From positions 186,001 through 250,000 of the forward strand of contig MU008184.1 of NCBI GenBank assembly GCA_010909165.1: a stretch of 64,000 bases of DNA. Direction: 5' to 3'. The DNA comes from Anthoceros angustus. Lineage: Eukaryota; Plantae; Anthocerotophyta. Under the pieces are notes generated by a model. The model was not told where the DNA came from, did no database searches, and saw nothing but the letters and a program-made list of their open reading frames with translations. The position numbers and the translations under genes are program-made. Shown here piece after piece: positions 1 through 11,337 of the stretch (the first letter of the stretch is position 1; every line of letters starts with the position of its first letter).

Positions 1-845
1 AAGGCACACAAATGTCACCGAGTCGGTAAGCAACTATCCCTTCTTCTTGCGCATCGCTCTGTAGGGATGAAGGGATTCCTGGCTTCATGGTTATAAGGTA
101 ACATTCCCGATAACTGGTGCAAGAACCCACATGCAAGACCGAGCTATGCCGCGACATCGACCAGGACGTCGTCGGTGACGTCGACCCAGGCGTCGCCCGC
201 GACGGAGGGACCAGGACACAGCCAAGGACGCTTCCAGTCGATGGGACACGAACAATTTATTTGAAGTCCACAGATATGGCAGTGTCGCATTAGACGCCCT
301 CGATCGCTCGGGGGACGTCGATTGGAGACAGCCAAGTTGTTAACGATATCCATCAAGTTCCTTAAAGTTTCTCCTCCAACTCTGAGATTTTCCCAGTTGC
401 TAGCTCCGTGCCTGCAACTTTCAGTTTTTCTGTTTCTATCGTCTCCTGTACGAACTACTGTCGTTCGATCTCCATCTTTTGCTCCGCTCTGGTTGCTGAA
501 TTTCGCTCTCCAGGTTCTTCAGCTCATTCTGTAATTTCGCAAAGCAACGTTCCCTCACAAGTCACTTTAGAAACCTTGTGCACGCAAGCCACAAGAATTT
601 GCAATTTGTGAAAATGTCATCTAACCTCGTACTTCTCTGTTGGGCTTAGGTGCTCTGTGCGGAACCTGTTCCGAACTTCCATTCCTCGGTGACAGTTTCT
701 TGCTACTTTTTTTCCTGCACAAACCAGGTCTGAGTTAGTGGGAAACCGCTCCCCTCCCCTCCTCGGCTCGTCGGCACTACGACAAGAAAGCTTCAACTCA
801 TTTGCTAAAAGGAAAAGAAAAAGATAAAGCTTCACCTCCGGTCCT

Positions 846-2825
846 TCAAGCGAGCTGCTTCGTGTCTGCTTCATTCTGGCTGTCTTTGGTGCTGATCTCC
901 CTATAGAGCGCCTGCAGGGATGCCATTTGTGCATCCAACTCACGAGCCCGTTGCTGCATCTGCTGATTGTGCAACTCTAGCACTCGTTGAGAATCCGCTC
1001 CCAGGGTTTCCCTCTCTGTCACAGATTACCTCACCGTTGGCAACAGAGGCTGGAAACATGGAAACACGAAACCATGACAAGAACCCAGCTGAGAGGTCCC
1101 AAACCTTGTATGTGCTTCTCTTCCAGCAGCTGCATTTCCAGCTCCGCTTTCTTACTAGTCTCCTCGGCACCCTCCATCCTGTTAGTCGTTTTAATGTTGT
1201 CCGTGTCTGCCTTTTCCAGCAACTGCATTTGCTGTTGGATGGTTTCAGGTGCACGCAGCTGCTTGGGCAACTGCTTGCCAGTCCTCATTTCCTCTTCCAC
1301 CAGCGGGCTCATGGTCATCAAATTATGATTCTTCCGCAAAAACTCCCCGACTTTGCCTTCATCATTGTAGTCTTCTTCACCGGCCATCCAACCATACAGG
1401 TCCGTCCCCTGCCGATCCGTCCCCTTGTTCTCATTCCAATCCTGCCTTCCCCGATGTTTCTGAACAAAACTTCTCTCAAACAGTCGGCAATCCCCATACC
1501 CCTCCACATCTCGCTTAAACATAATAGCCGCGACCCCCATGGGCCCGTCGAAACCCCAGAACACCTTCACCTGCTCGGGATCGAACTCCTCAAACTGCTG
1601 CCTCAGCTCTCCGCGCCCGGGGCTGACCCGTCTGCCATCCGGGTCAAGGGTCTGGGCATTGTAGATGAGTCCCACCCACGGGTGCACCACCTGGTGCTCG
1701 GCCGGGACCCGCTTCGGCGCGGCCTTCATCGTTTCGAACCGCTCTGCCACAGAAAAAAAAGTACCACACAACGTCACTGCCAACCCCCTGGCATCCACTG
1801 ATCACACGACAAGTCAGAAACAAAACAAGATGCACTCACACAAACCCACCTCCTCGATTCTCCTCCTCGACCAACTGCATCTCCAACTCAGCCGTCACCT
1901 TAGCCTGCTCCGAAGCCTCCCCCCTGTTACTGAGGCTGAATTTCTCTGTTTCCGCCCTGGACAGCATATGCGTCTCCTTCTGCTGGTCTACCACCCCCTC
2001 CACCTCCTTCTTCAGCTCCTGGTTGGTCTTCATCTTCTCCTCCACCACGTCATGCATCGTCGTGAGATTATGCTTCGCCCGGAGAAACTGCCCCGCCTCC
2101 CCCGGGTCGTAATAGTCTTCTTCCACAGCCATCCAGCCAAAGAGCTCCGTCCCTTCCTGCCCGGCCGCCTTACACCGCTCCCAGTCGCTCCGCCCCCGCT
2201 GCACGGCCTGAAAGCTCGCCTCAAACGACCTACAATTCGCATACGCCTTCATGTCCCGCCCGAAGACGAGGACGGCCACCCCCTGCAGCCCGTTGTACGC
2301 CCAGAATGTCTTTACCTGCTGAGGTTGGAAATGCGAGAAGTGGTCCCTCAGCTTCCCGGTGCCGGGGAGCATCCTCTGCAGGTTGAGCTCCAGGGTGTTG
2401 AGATTCGAAATGATCCCGACCCAGGGATGCACCACCCGGTTCTCGGGACGCACCCGCTTGGGCGCAGGCTGTAGGAATTTCACCACTCCGGGGGCTATGA
2501 GCGCCGCGCGCTGCCTCAGCTCCTCCTGCAGGAACTCGTAGACCCGGGGGGCTACGTCCTCCGCGTGCTGCCTCAGCTCCTCCTCCAGGAACTTCAGGAG
2601 CGCGTGGTGTTGGCCTCTGGTCTCGCTGCCCTCCCTGAGGCGCTTGGCGTGGGAGTAGATCTTGGAGTGCTTGTAGGCCTGCGTCTTTTTGGTGGGACAG
2701 AACGGGCAGCGATACGTCCCGTCGCCATTGGAGACCACGAGCTGCCCGGACTCGAGGGCCTCCGTGGCTGCAGCTTCGAATTCCCTCATCTTCTCCTCGT
2801 CCTCGGTGCTGCTTGAGGCGTCCAT
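846..2825 (-). CDS. zf-XS / tandem XS-domain coiled-coil protein (IDN2/FDM/SGS3-like), 3 exons; the ORF is open upstream to 3050
   Basis: zf-XS motif YRCPFCP...YKHSKIYSHA. Two XS domains (VVHPWVGIISN...LFGWMAVEEDY and VVHPWVGLIYN...LYGWMAGEEDY). Phase-1 GT-AG introns at 1744-1849 and 1016-1104 join ORFs 1836-3050, 1031-1798 and a final coiled-coil exon in frame; stop at 846-848. Confidence 0.75.
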
Positions 2826-4750
2826 GAACACGTCGAATGCGTCGTCCGTCGCTCTTGCTGCTGCGTGCAAGCTCAGCGTGCCCAGAGCTCCACCAAGCTG
2901 CCCACGATGACGCTGCCCTCGCTCACCAGGTGCTTCGCGACATCTTACCGACATCCCGACTGGGAGCCCATGAAGCTGGAGGCAGCCGCCATGACACTTC
3001 AGTGCAGGGCAAGGAGTCATGTTTGTATCCTCGGAGCGGGAACTCGACATGCCAACATCAATGTGATGCGTGACTCACCCGGGCATGCGATACTACTTGT
3101 TGTTAATTAAAAGTCTACCGGAAACTATTAAAGAAAAACGTGTACCCCGGTGTCACTTTTGGCTTCTGTTCCACCCATTTGCTGACGAGAAAAATGGCAC
3201 GAGAGAAACCATGGTTCCGTCGTCAGGGCTTGTGCTGGTGTCTCGGCGGATTGATCTACTTGGGTACATGTGTGCACGAGAGTCGGCGGATTGATCTACT
3301 TGGGTACATGTGCGAGAGTTCGGGCCCATGATTACGAACCTTTAGTTCCCAAACGGACTTTCGAATCCGATCGAGAACTGGAGTTTGGACTAATGGTGGC
3401 AGGGATGTTCTAAAAGAGTCCATATTGCTTGGGAGAAAGGAATGTCCATCAGAAGCACGTGAGGGCATCAGACTCTTACGGAAAGAAGCCTACCTGAGTG
3501 ACGATGGTCTCGGCGCACTCATCTCAACTTGAGGGGGGACACACAGTTCCTCTCTCACAACTCCTCTAAATTCACTTCTCTTTTCAAAGCCCGTTTCAGA
3601 TTTGTGTCTGGGTACTCCAGTTTGCTTGAGACTTCCGATCTTCATGCATATCACTAAGATCATGTGACTCGCAAGCTGGAGACGCCACGGATCCGGGCGT
3701 GGAGTAGATCTTGGAGTGCTTGTAGGCCTGCGTCTTTTTGGTGGGACAGAACGGGCAGCGATACGTCCCGTCGCCATTGGAGACCACGAGCTGCCCGGAC
3801 TCGAGGGCCTCCGTGGCTGCAGCTTCGAATTCCCTCATCTTCTCCTCGTCCTCGGTGCTGCTTGAGGCGTCCATGAACACGTCGAATGCGTCGTCCGTCG
3901 CTCTTGCTGCGTGCAAGCTCAGCGTGCCCAGAGCTCCACCAAGCTGCCCACGATGACGCTGCCCTCGCTCACCAGGTGCTTCGCGACATCTTACCGACAT
4001 CCCGACTGGGAGCCCATGAAGCTGGAGGCAGCCGCCATGACACTTCAGTGCAGGGCAAGGAGTCATGTTTGTATCCTCGGAGCGGGAACTCGACATGCCA
4101 ACATCAATGTGATGCGTGACTCACCCGGGCATGCGATACTACTTGTTGTTAATTAAAAGTCTACCCGGAAACTATTAAAGAAAAAACGTGTACCCCGGTG
4201 TCACTTTTGGCTTCTGTTCCACCCATTTGCTGACGAGAAAAATGGCACGAGAGAAACCATGGTTCCGTCGTCAGGGCTTGTGCTGGTGTCTCGGCGGATT
4301 GATCTACTTGGGTACATGTGTGCACGAGAGTCGGCGGATTGATCTACTTGGGTACATGTGTGCAGGAGAGTTCTGGGCTGTATGATTCTGAACCTTTAGT
4401 TCCCAAACAGACTTTCTGAATCCGATCGAGAATCTGGGAGCTGGACTAATGGTGGCAGGGATGTTCTAAAAGAGTCCATATTGCTTGGGAGAAAGGAATG
4501 TCCATCAGAAGCACGTGAGGGCATCAGACTCTTACGGAAAGAAGCCTACCTGAGTGACGATGGTCTCGGCGCACTCATCTCAACTTGAGGGGGGACACAC
4601 AGTTCCTCTCTCACAACTCCTCTAAATTCACTTCTCTTTTCAAAGCCCGTTTGATTTGTATGCAGGTACTCCGGTTGCTTGAGACTTCCGATCTTCATGC
4701 ATATCACTAAGATCATGTGACTCGCAAGCTGGAGACGCCACGGATCTGGG
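2650..4750. repeat. ~1.05 kb tandem duplication (2650-3695 / 3697-4750) of the 5' end and upstream region of the XS gene
   Basis: Near-identical sequence; ORF 3596-4096 repeats the N-terminus of ORF 1836-3050; the copies differ mostly by small indels. Confidence 0.9.
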
Positions 4751-5002
4751 CAGTGGACACAGGATCAACAGCGAGGAGGAGTATTGGAGTCAGCGTTGAC
4801 AGATCTTGTCTCCGAATTAGGGCATGGTTTGGATGAAAGCAGTAATTGAAATTATCTAGTCAGTTCCGATCGTTGCATCGATTACGCGCGAAGAGAAAAC
4901 AGCTGCGCGAGCGTTGGCGCAATTGTGAGAGAACATTAACCGATACCCTGATCATGGCCATCTCGAGACGAACAAACTACGACTCTAGAAAGTAGCGATG
5001 GG

Positions 5003-5365
5003 CGTCACGGTGCAGTACACAACCACGGATCTCCATTGTTAGAGTGAAAACATAGAAGGAATTGGAGCAATGCGGACGTTCGACATATTGGCGCGAGTCT
5101 GCTAAAAGCTGCGGACGTCCGGCGCCTTCTGAGACCCCAATCTTGTGGGCGTCCGGAGATGGAAATGGTGGAGTGGATGGACGTCACGGTGCAGTACACA
5201 ACCCCGATCTCCATTGTTAGAGTGAAAACATAGGAAGGAATTGGAGCAATGCGGACGTTCGACATATTGGCGCGAGTCTGCTAAAACTGCGGGCGTCCGG
5301 CGCCTTCTGAGACCCCAATCTTGCGGGCGTCCAGTGCGATGGAAATGGTGGAGTGGATCGGGACG
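5003..5365. repeat. Two-copy ~180 bp tandem repeat
   Basis: CGTCACGGTGCAGTACACAACC...GATGGAAATGGTGGAGTGGAT starts at ~5003 and again at ~5183. Confidence 0.85.
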
Positions 5366-5434
5366 TCCGCAAATGTATATATATTGTTTGTCTTTATATC
5401 ACCGCCGGATAGGTGTAGATAGATTCAATGGATA

Positions 5435-5625
5435 AGAACTCCAAGGTTAAGCACCCTTGGGTCGGATCAATACCGGGATGGGGTGCTTGACTTTGGTGCT
5501 TGAGAACTCAGGTTAAGCACTCTTGGGTCGATTAGTACTAGGATGGTTTGCTTGTTTTTGGCGCTTTGAAAACTTTGTAACAACTCCATCTAAGCAACCT
5601 AGGCGTATCAATACTAGGATGGAGT
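5435..5625 (+). repeat. Three degenerate 5S rRNA-derived fragments (internal promoter region), Cassandra-like; not a functional 5S gene
   Basis: AGAACTCAGGTTAAGCACTCTTGGGTCGATTAGTACTAGGATGG resembles plant 5S AGAACTCCGCAGTTAAGCGTGCTTGGGCGAGAGTAGTACTAGGATGGG; copies at ~5435, ~5503 and ~5582. Confidence 0.6.
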
Positions 5626-6833
5626 GTTGATTTTTAGTGGTTTGAAAAATTTGTAAATCATCCGGTATCTAGGCGTAAAGTCATGAATATTATTTTTGAA
5701 AATCATTTGTTGGTTGATGTTATATTCCCACATTCGCTTTGTATACAACATGTAAAACCTTTTGGCCTTACTCTATGTGCCCCTTGATGACTTGTGGATC
5801 TCTTTGATTGGTGCGCCAAATGTCCTCATTCGAGTTTGATGCATATAGATGCATAGGCCTTGGTTTCTAGATGAGCTACATTTTCCAAAATTCGACATGT
5901 ATGATGGTGGTTTCTAATGGCCAACCTTTTGAAGGCGACAATGTTTCACAATGTTTTGCGAGAAGCAAGAAAATAAATAGAATAGATGATTTGTCCTTGA
6001 GTAATGAAAGCACATCGGATGCGATCGAACACAAGTATAAGAGAGCATCTGCACAGCCTCGAGCCCTAGTGAGCCGGAGTGTCTGAAGAAGAGGGCTGAT
6101 CGCCCAGTGGGGTTTTGACCAAATGGGTGAGTATTTGTGAGGCTCGAAGGAGGACCTGTCTATACCCACTCTGACGCCCACTACAGCTGTGGCGCAGCTA
6201 GTTGTTCAGAGACGAACTATAGCCAAGCTTCACCAGGAGATTTTGAATTTAAGATCTGACTTGCTCCATGTGCCACCCATGGGTAGATTAAGGTTGAAAG
6301 CGATACGGACTTGACAAGAAGAAATGTAAGCTCTGAAGAGTTTGATCAAGAATGGTTGAGGAGGCCTCACCATCCTTTACCTTGTCCAATTCTTGCATGA
6401 GCTAATCTGCCATCTAAGTGCGGCTTATCTCCCGGAGGGGCAGTCGGAGGTATGCTGCAGGATTGCTCAAATCACGGGGTTTGAAAAGAGAATTGATGTG
6501 AGTGTTGGTGCGGTGGCAAGTGTGCACAGGCAACTTGAACGAAAGTGTTTGTCTACACAAGTATTCACGCAACCCTCTCCAAACCCGGTGTATTGCACCT
6601 CTTTGGAGTATAAGTCGCGGACGTTCGGTGCTCGGCTCTTTGGAGCATAAGTCATGATCATCCGGCCACTTGGTACAAAGGTGTGTCCGGCATTTGTGCG
6701 GACGGTGGGCACATTAGGTCTTCTTTTGGGCTCGGATGCATGGGTTGTGGGTTCGCAAATCACTGAAAACAGTGAAATGAGACATGTGCATTTCTGGATG
6801 GTTGGGGCCAAAATGGGGTTTGGAGACAAACCC

Positions 6834-7262
6834 CTATGCTGAGAAACACTGTTTGGCTTGTGAACCTGCTGGGGCGGTAGTTTGTTCCTCCTTCAAAGCT
6901 AATTTGGCCAAACCGTCAGCAAGCTCGTTCCTTTGTCGTGGCACATGTGTCAAGAACAATGCTTCAAACTTCTGCATTAGTTCCAGAGCCTGTGAGTGAA
7001 GAGCTCTCAAATTTCTTGCACGCACTTCATATGTTCCATGCAACTGTTTGACAAGCAATTGGCTATCACAGAAAGCATTCAGGATGCGCACTCCCTTGTC
7101 ATCTGCTAGTTTTAAACCATGTAGGAAAGCCTGGTACTCCGCCTCGTTGTTAGTATCTAAAGGAATCGCAAAGCTTTCCTTCACAGTTTCCTTTGCATCA
7201 GGGGCCACCAGCACCACACCCACTCCAGCGAGACCATGCGCCACAGCTCCATCGGTCCACAA
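6834..7262 (-). pseudogene. Archaeal-type RNase HI domain of the Tat-like gypsy pol
   Basis: WTDGA...AGVGVVL...TNNEAEYQAFLHGL...CDSQLLVKQ...HVPRQRNELADGLA. Confidence 0.9.
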
Positions 7263-7283
7263 ATTCCATGTGTCAACATCACT

Positions 7284-8702
7284 CTATGTAGATGGGTCAG
7301 CCCAAAGTGCAGCCAAGGCTGGATTACCTTTTGTTTCCTCTTCATCGGCTTCTTTCTTTCTCCTAAGGCTTGGCACAGTGAGAGTCAGGACTTCCTCCAT
7401 TTGCTCAGATTGACCTTGAATACTGGAATCGATGCCCTTGCATGCATATCCACACAGGCTTGCCTCCAACTGTCTGAATTTTAGTGACTTGACCTGGACT
7501 TCAAAGTCATATCCCGAGAGTATACATACCCATTTTGCAAATCGTCCGGTAGGATTCGGTATCATCATCAAGTATCGTGCCACATGTAAGCTAACCAGGA
7601 AGAAGAATTTGCCTGATGCCAGGTAATGGTGGAACTTCTTCGTTGCTGCAACCATTCCCGCCGTCACTTGCTCAAACGAATTGTACCTGGTCTCACATCC
7701 TGTCATAAGCCTACTTGCAAAGTATATTGGCAGGTACAGCTTAGTCTCATCATCCTGCTGGAATAAGTTGTACTCCAGAGACACTCCAGTTACTTCCACA
7801 CTCACATAGAATGTCCTTGACCAGTTTGGTGGTTTCATGACCTGGGGTGACACCATTAAATTTTGTAACCGCTCGTAAGATTCCATCGGTTCATCCCATA
7901 CTAGCTCCTGATTCTTCCGCATGGATTTGTACAACGGTGCTGCTGCCTCTGTGAAATTGGGTATTAACCTCCTGTAGTAACTTGCTGCCTGTACAAATGA
8001 TCTTACTTCCTCTACGCTAACTGGATGTGCCTTGGCCAGAAACTTCTCGATCTTCCCAGGCTCCGCATGTACACCCTTGGAATCAATCATGAATCCCAGA
8101 AGTTCCCCTTCAGTAACAGCAAATATGCACTTCAAGGGATTTAACCCGATATTTGCTAGGGTCAGTCTGGAAAACACTTCCTCAAAGTTCCCTGGATGAT
8201 CAGCTCTTCTTCCATACACGGCAAAGTCATCTAAGAAAACACGTAGGAACTTCGCTACTGTGGTGCCCAGGGCCTTCATCATGACTTCCTGAAAACAAGA
8301 TGGCGCATTGCAAAGGCCGAAAGGCATTACCTTGTACATGAACACACCCCATGGTGTCACAAAGGCAATCTTGGGCTGATCTTCTTCGCAGATAGCGACC
8401 TGATGAAATCCCGAATTACCATCGCAAAAAGAGTATGTCTCGTGACCAGAAACTTCATCCAGTAGCTCATCCACATGAGGAAGGGGAAACCTGTCCTTCC
8501 TTGTGGCTTTGTTTAACTCCTGGAAGTTGACACACATCCTAGTTTTCCCATTCTTCTTCATCGAAATTACGATCGGGGATACCCACCCCGGATATTGCAG
8601 GGATATCAATCTTGAACTTGCGTAGGTTTGTAGTTGACATTTCCTCGTGTCCAGTGACGAACAAGTGTTCATATCTGGAGAAAAGATTCCTGTAATGCTC
8701 AA
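7284..8702 (-). pseudogene. Gypsy reverse transcriptase and RNase H (frameshifted)
   Basis: WVSPIVISMKKNGKTRMCV, DRFPLPHVDELLD, MPFGLCNAP, VFLDDFAVY, PIYFASR. Confidence 0.92.
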
Positions 8703-9350
8703 GTTCCTCTCCTTCTACGTCTGTACCAACCTTGGCAACTTTCTCAACACCGTTGGCTCCAAAAAACTTCAATTCCTTCAAGTCGAGGATCTTTGGATCT
8801 TTGTGCGGTTTGAGCTTATCCTGGGCCAATCGAATGGATAGGATGTGGAGTGTCTCTGGTTCACTGTTGAATGCTTTGCTGGTGAAATCCACCTCTTGGT
8901 CCGAACCACTATCACCATATACAGAGGCTTCAGATCCTATTTTAGAGGTGCTACTTGTCATGTTGAACTCTTCAGGCTGCCATGCCTTGATCCAAACCCG
9001 ATGTGCTGGCGGGCCAATCTCCAGGATTCGTGTATCCCAGTGGTGATCGGCTTTCACTAGCTCTAGCCATGGTTGGCCCAGGATGACACCATACGCTGGC
9101 TCGAGAAGTTCCACGACGGTGAAACCTATCCGCACTCTTACTCCGTGAACGACAACCTTGATGTTTTCTAGGATCCCCACCACAAGGAGCTTTGTATTGG
9201 ACGGATCCCTGCAGACTTGCTTACATGCTAGTCTGCGGGTGGCACCTAGACCAAGATCTTCAAGCCAAGCAACATTGATCAAGTTCGTAGATGACCCTCC
9301 ATCCACGACGGCTTCGGGGACCTCAACCTCATTGATCCAAGCAGTTACTG
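8539..9350 (-). pseudogene. Retroviral-type aspartic protease; duplicated copy at 9839-10330
   Basis: AVVDGGSSTNLI...YGVILGQPWL. Confidence 0.85.
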
Positions 9351-10712
9351 CCGGTGAGTCATTTTTGCGGAGCCATCCAATTGGTCGGTTTGATGAGTTA
9401 GGATTGCCAGTTCCCGTCAGTGTTGTGGCAGCTTCCCCTTTTAGCTTAGCCTTACTTTCTTGTGCTTCGATTCTCGAGCACTTAAGGCAGTGGTCTCTCG
9501 TCGTGCTGCAGGGAGGATCCCGAATAGCTGCCTGAATGTCATCTTTACTTCTCTATCTGCAAGATCTTCCACAAGTGAGTATAACACCATAATATTTGAA
9601 CCGGCGGAATATACATCAAGCGGCTTTATGCATGAATATACGCTGAACCGGGTTGTGGATGGTCACTAAATCGATGTTCATGTATGTAGTCGCGGATAAT
9701 GTGTTCAAAATTATGGTCAAAATCACATTCTACTTCAAAATTTACAAGGAGCTCCAAAAACTTCAATTCCTTCAAGTCGATGGATGTCATGCGTGTTTGA
9801 GCTTATCTGGGCCAATCGAATGGATAGGATGTGGGTGTCTACGGTTCCTTGTTGAATGCTTTGCTGGTGAAATCCACCTCTTGGTCCGAACCACTATCAC
9901 CATATACAGAGGCTTCAGATCCTATTTCAGAGGTGCTACTTGTCATGTTGAACTCCTCAGGCTGCCATGCCTTGATCTGAACCCGGTGTGCTGGCGGGCC
10001 AATCTCCAGGATTCCTGTATCCCAGTGGTGATCGGCTTTCACTAGCTCTAACCATGGTTGGCCCAGGATGACACCGTATGCCGGCTCGGGAAGTTCCACG
10101 ACGGTAAAACCTATCCGCACTCTTACTCCGTGAACGACAACCTTGATGTTTTCCAGGATCCCCACCACAGGGAGCTTTGTATTGGACGCATCTCTGAAGA
10201 CTTGCTTACATGCTAGTCTGCGGGTGGCACCTAGACCAAGATCTTCAAGCCAAGCAGCATTGATCAGGTTCAGAGATGACCCTCCATCCACGACGGCTTG
10301 GACCTCAACCTCATTGATCCAAGCGATCGCCGGTGAGTCATTTTTATGGAGCCATCCAATTGGTCGGTTTGATGAGTTAGGATTGCGCCCCGTGTTGTGG
10401 CGGCTTCCCCTTTAGCTTAGCCTTACTTTCTTGTGCTTGATTCTCGAGCACTTAAGGCGTGGTCTCGTCGCACGAGGAGGATCCCGAATAGTCACTGAAT
10501 GTCATCTTTACTTCTATCTCGCAAGATCTTCCACAAGTGAGTATAACACCATAATATTTGAACAGAATATACATCAAGCGCTTTATGCATGAATATACGC
10601 TGAACCGGGTTGTGGATGGTCACTAAATCGATGTTCATGTATGTAGTCGCGGATAATGTGTTCAAAATTATGGTCAAAATCACATTCTACTTCAAAATTT
10701 ACAAGGAGCTCC
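8760..10712. repeat. ~1 kb tandem duplication (8760-9753 / 9754-10712) covering the protease, gag end and the left TIR of the DNA transposon
   Basis: Direct sequence identity; the second copy is deletion-rich and its TIR at ~10545 is damaged. Confidence 0.88.
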
Positions 10713-11337
10713 AGCCAAAAGGGTCGTGGGGACATTCCTGTGGGTTTGCAATGATTTAGCACCGACTTCACACTCCCTTTGTCTGGGATGAAACCCGCCG
10801 ACTGTTTACAATATATTGTCTTATCAAGGGAATGGAAGCCACTTTTGCATCCGTTCACATTTACGGTGGCAAGGTATGGAAAATGTGCGGTTCCTCTATG
10901 GTAGAAAGGTGAGTAACGCAGCAGCGATGGCGCGCATGCCGGCGCCCACCTCACACCTTATGCAAAGGCCCTTAGCCATTCCTCGTGCACCAAACAGTTC
11001 CAACATGGTTTTGATATCCTGTGAGCGGAGAAATCTCTTGTAGTGTACCATGTTCCTGTGAACCCTCAACAAAACCACAATTTGGCATACTGCTCGAAAG
11101 GGCTGCCAAGTTTCACGGAAACATTGGGTTGGCGCCACCATTAAACGAATCCACTACCGAACAGAGCCATGGCAGCCCCGTGACAATGGAAGGGGCCACT
11201 AGGAATAGACGCACAAAATGTGGTCCGGAAGGAGTGCGGCATGCCATCGCAAAGGGTGTTACAAAAGGGTTGTGCCATAAGTTCTTAGGAGCGGACCATG
11301 ACTGGAATATATTTCAAGCCGCTCGGTTATTCACTCC

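Noticed and set aside
920-2474. Plus-strand ORFs of 293 and 269 aa
   Set aside because: Antisense shadows of the XS-domain exons.
5435-5625. Functional 5S rRNA gene
   Set aside because: Only ~50 nt of the internal region is present, degenerate and lacking the 5' and 3' ends.
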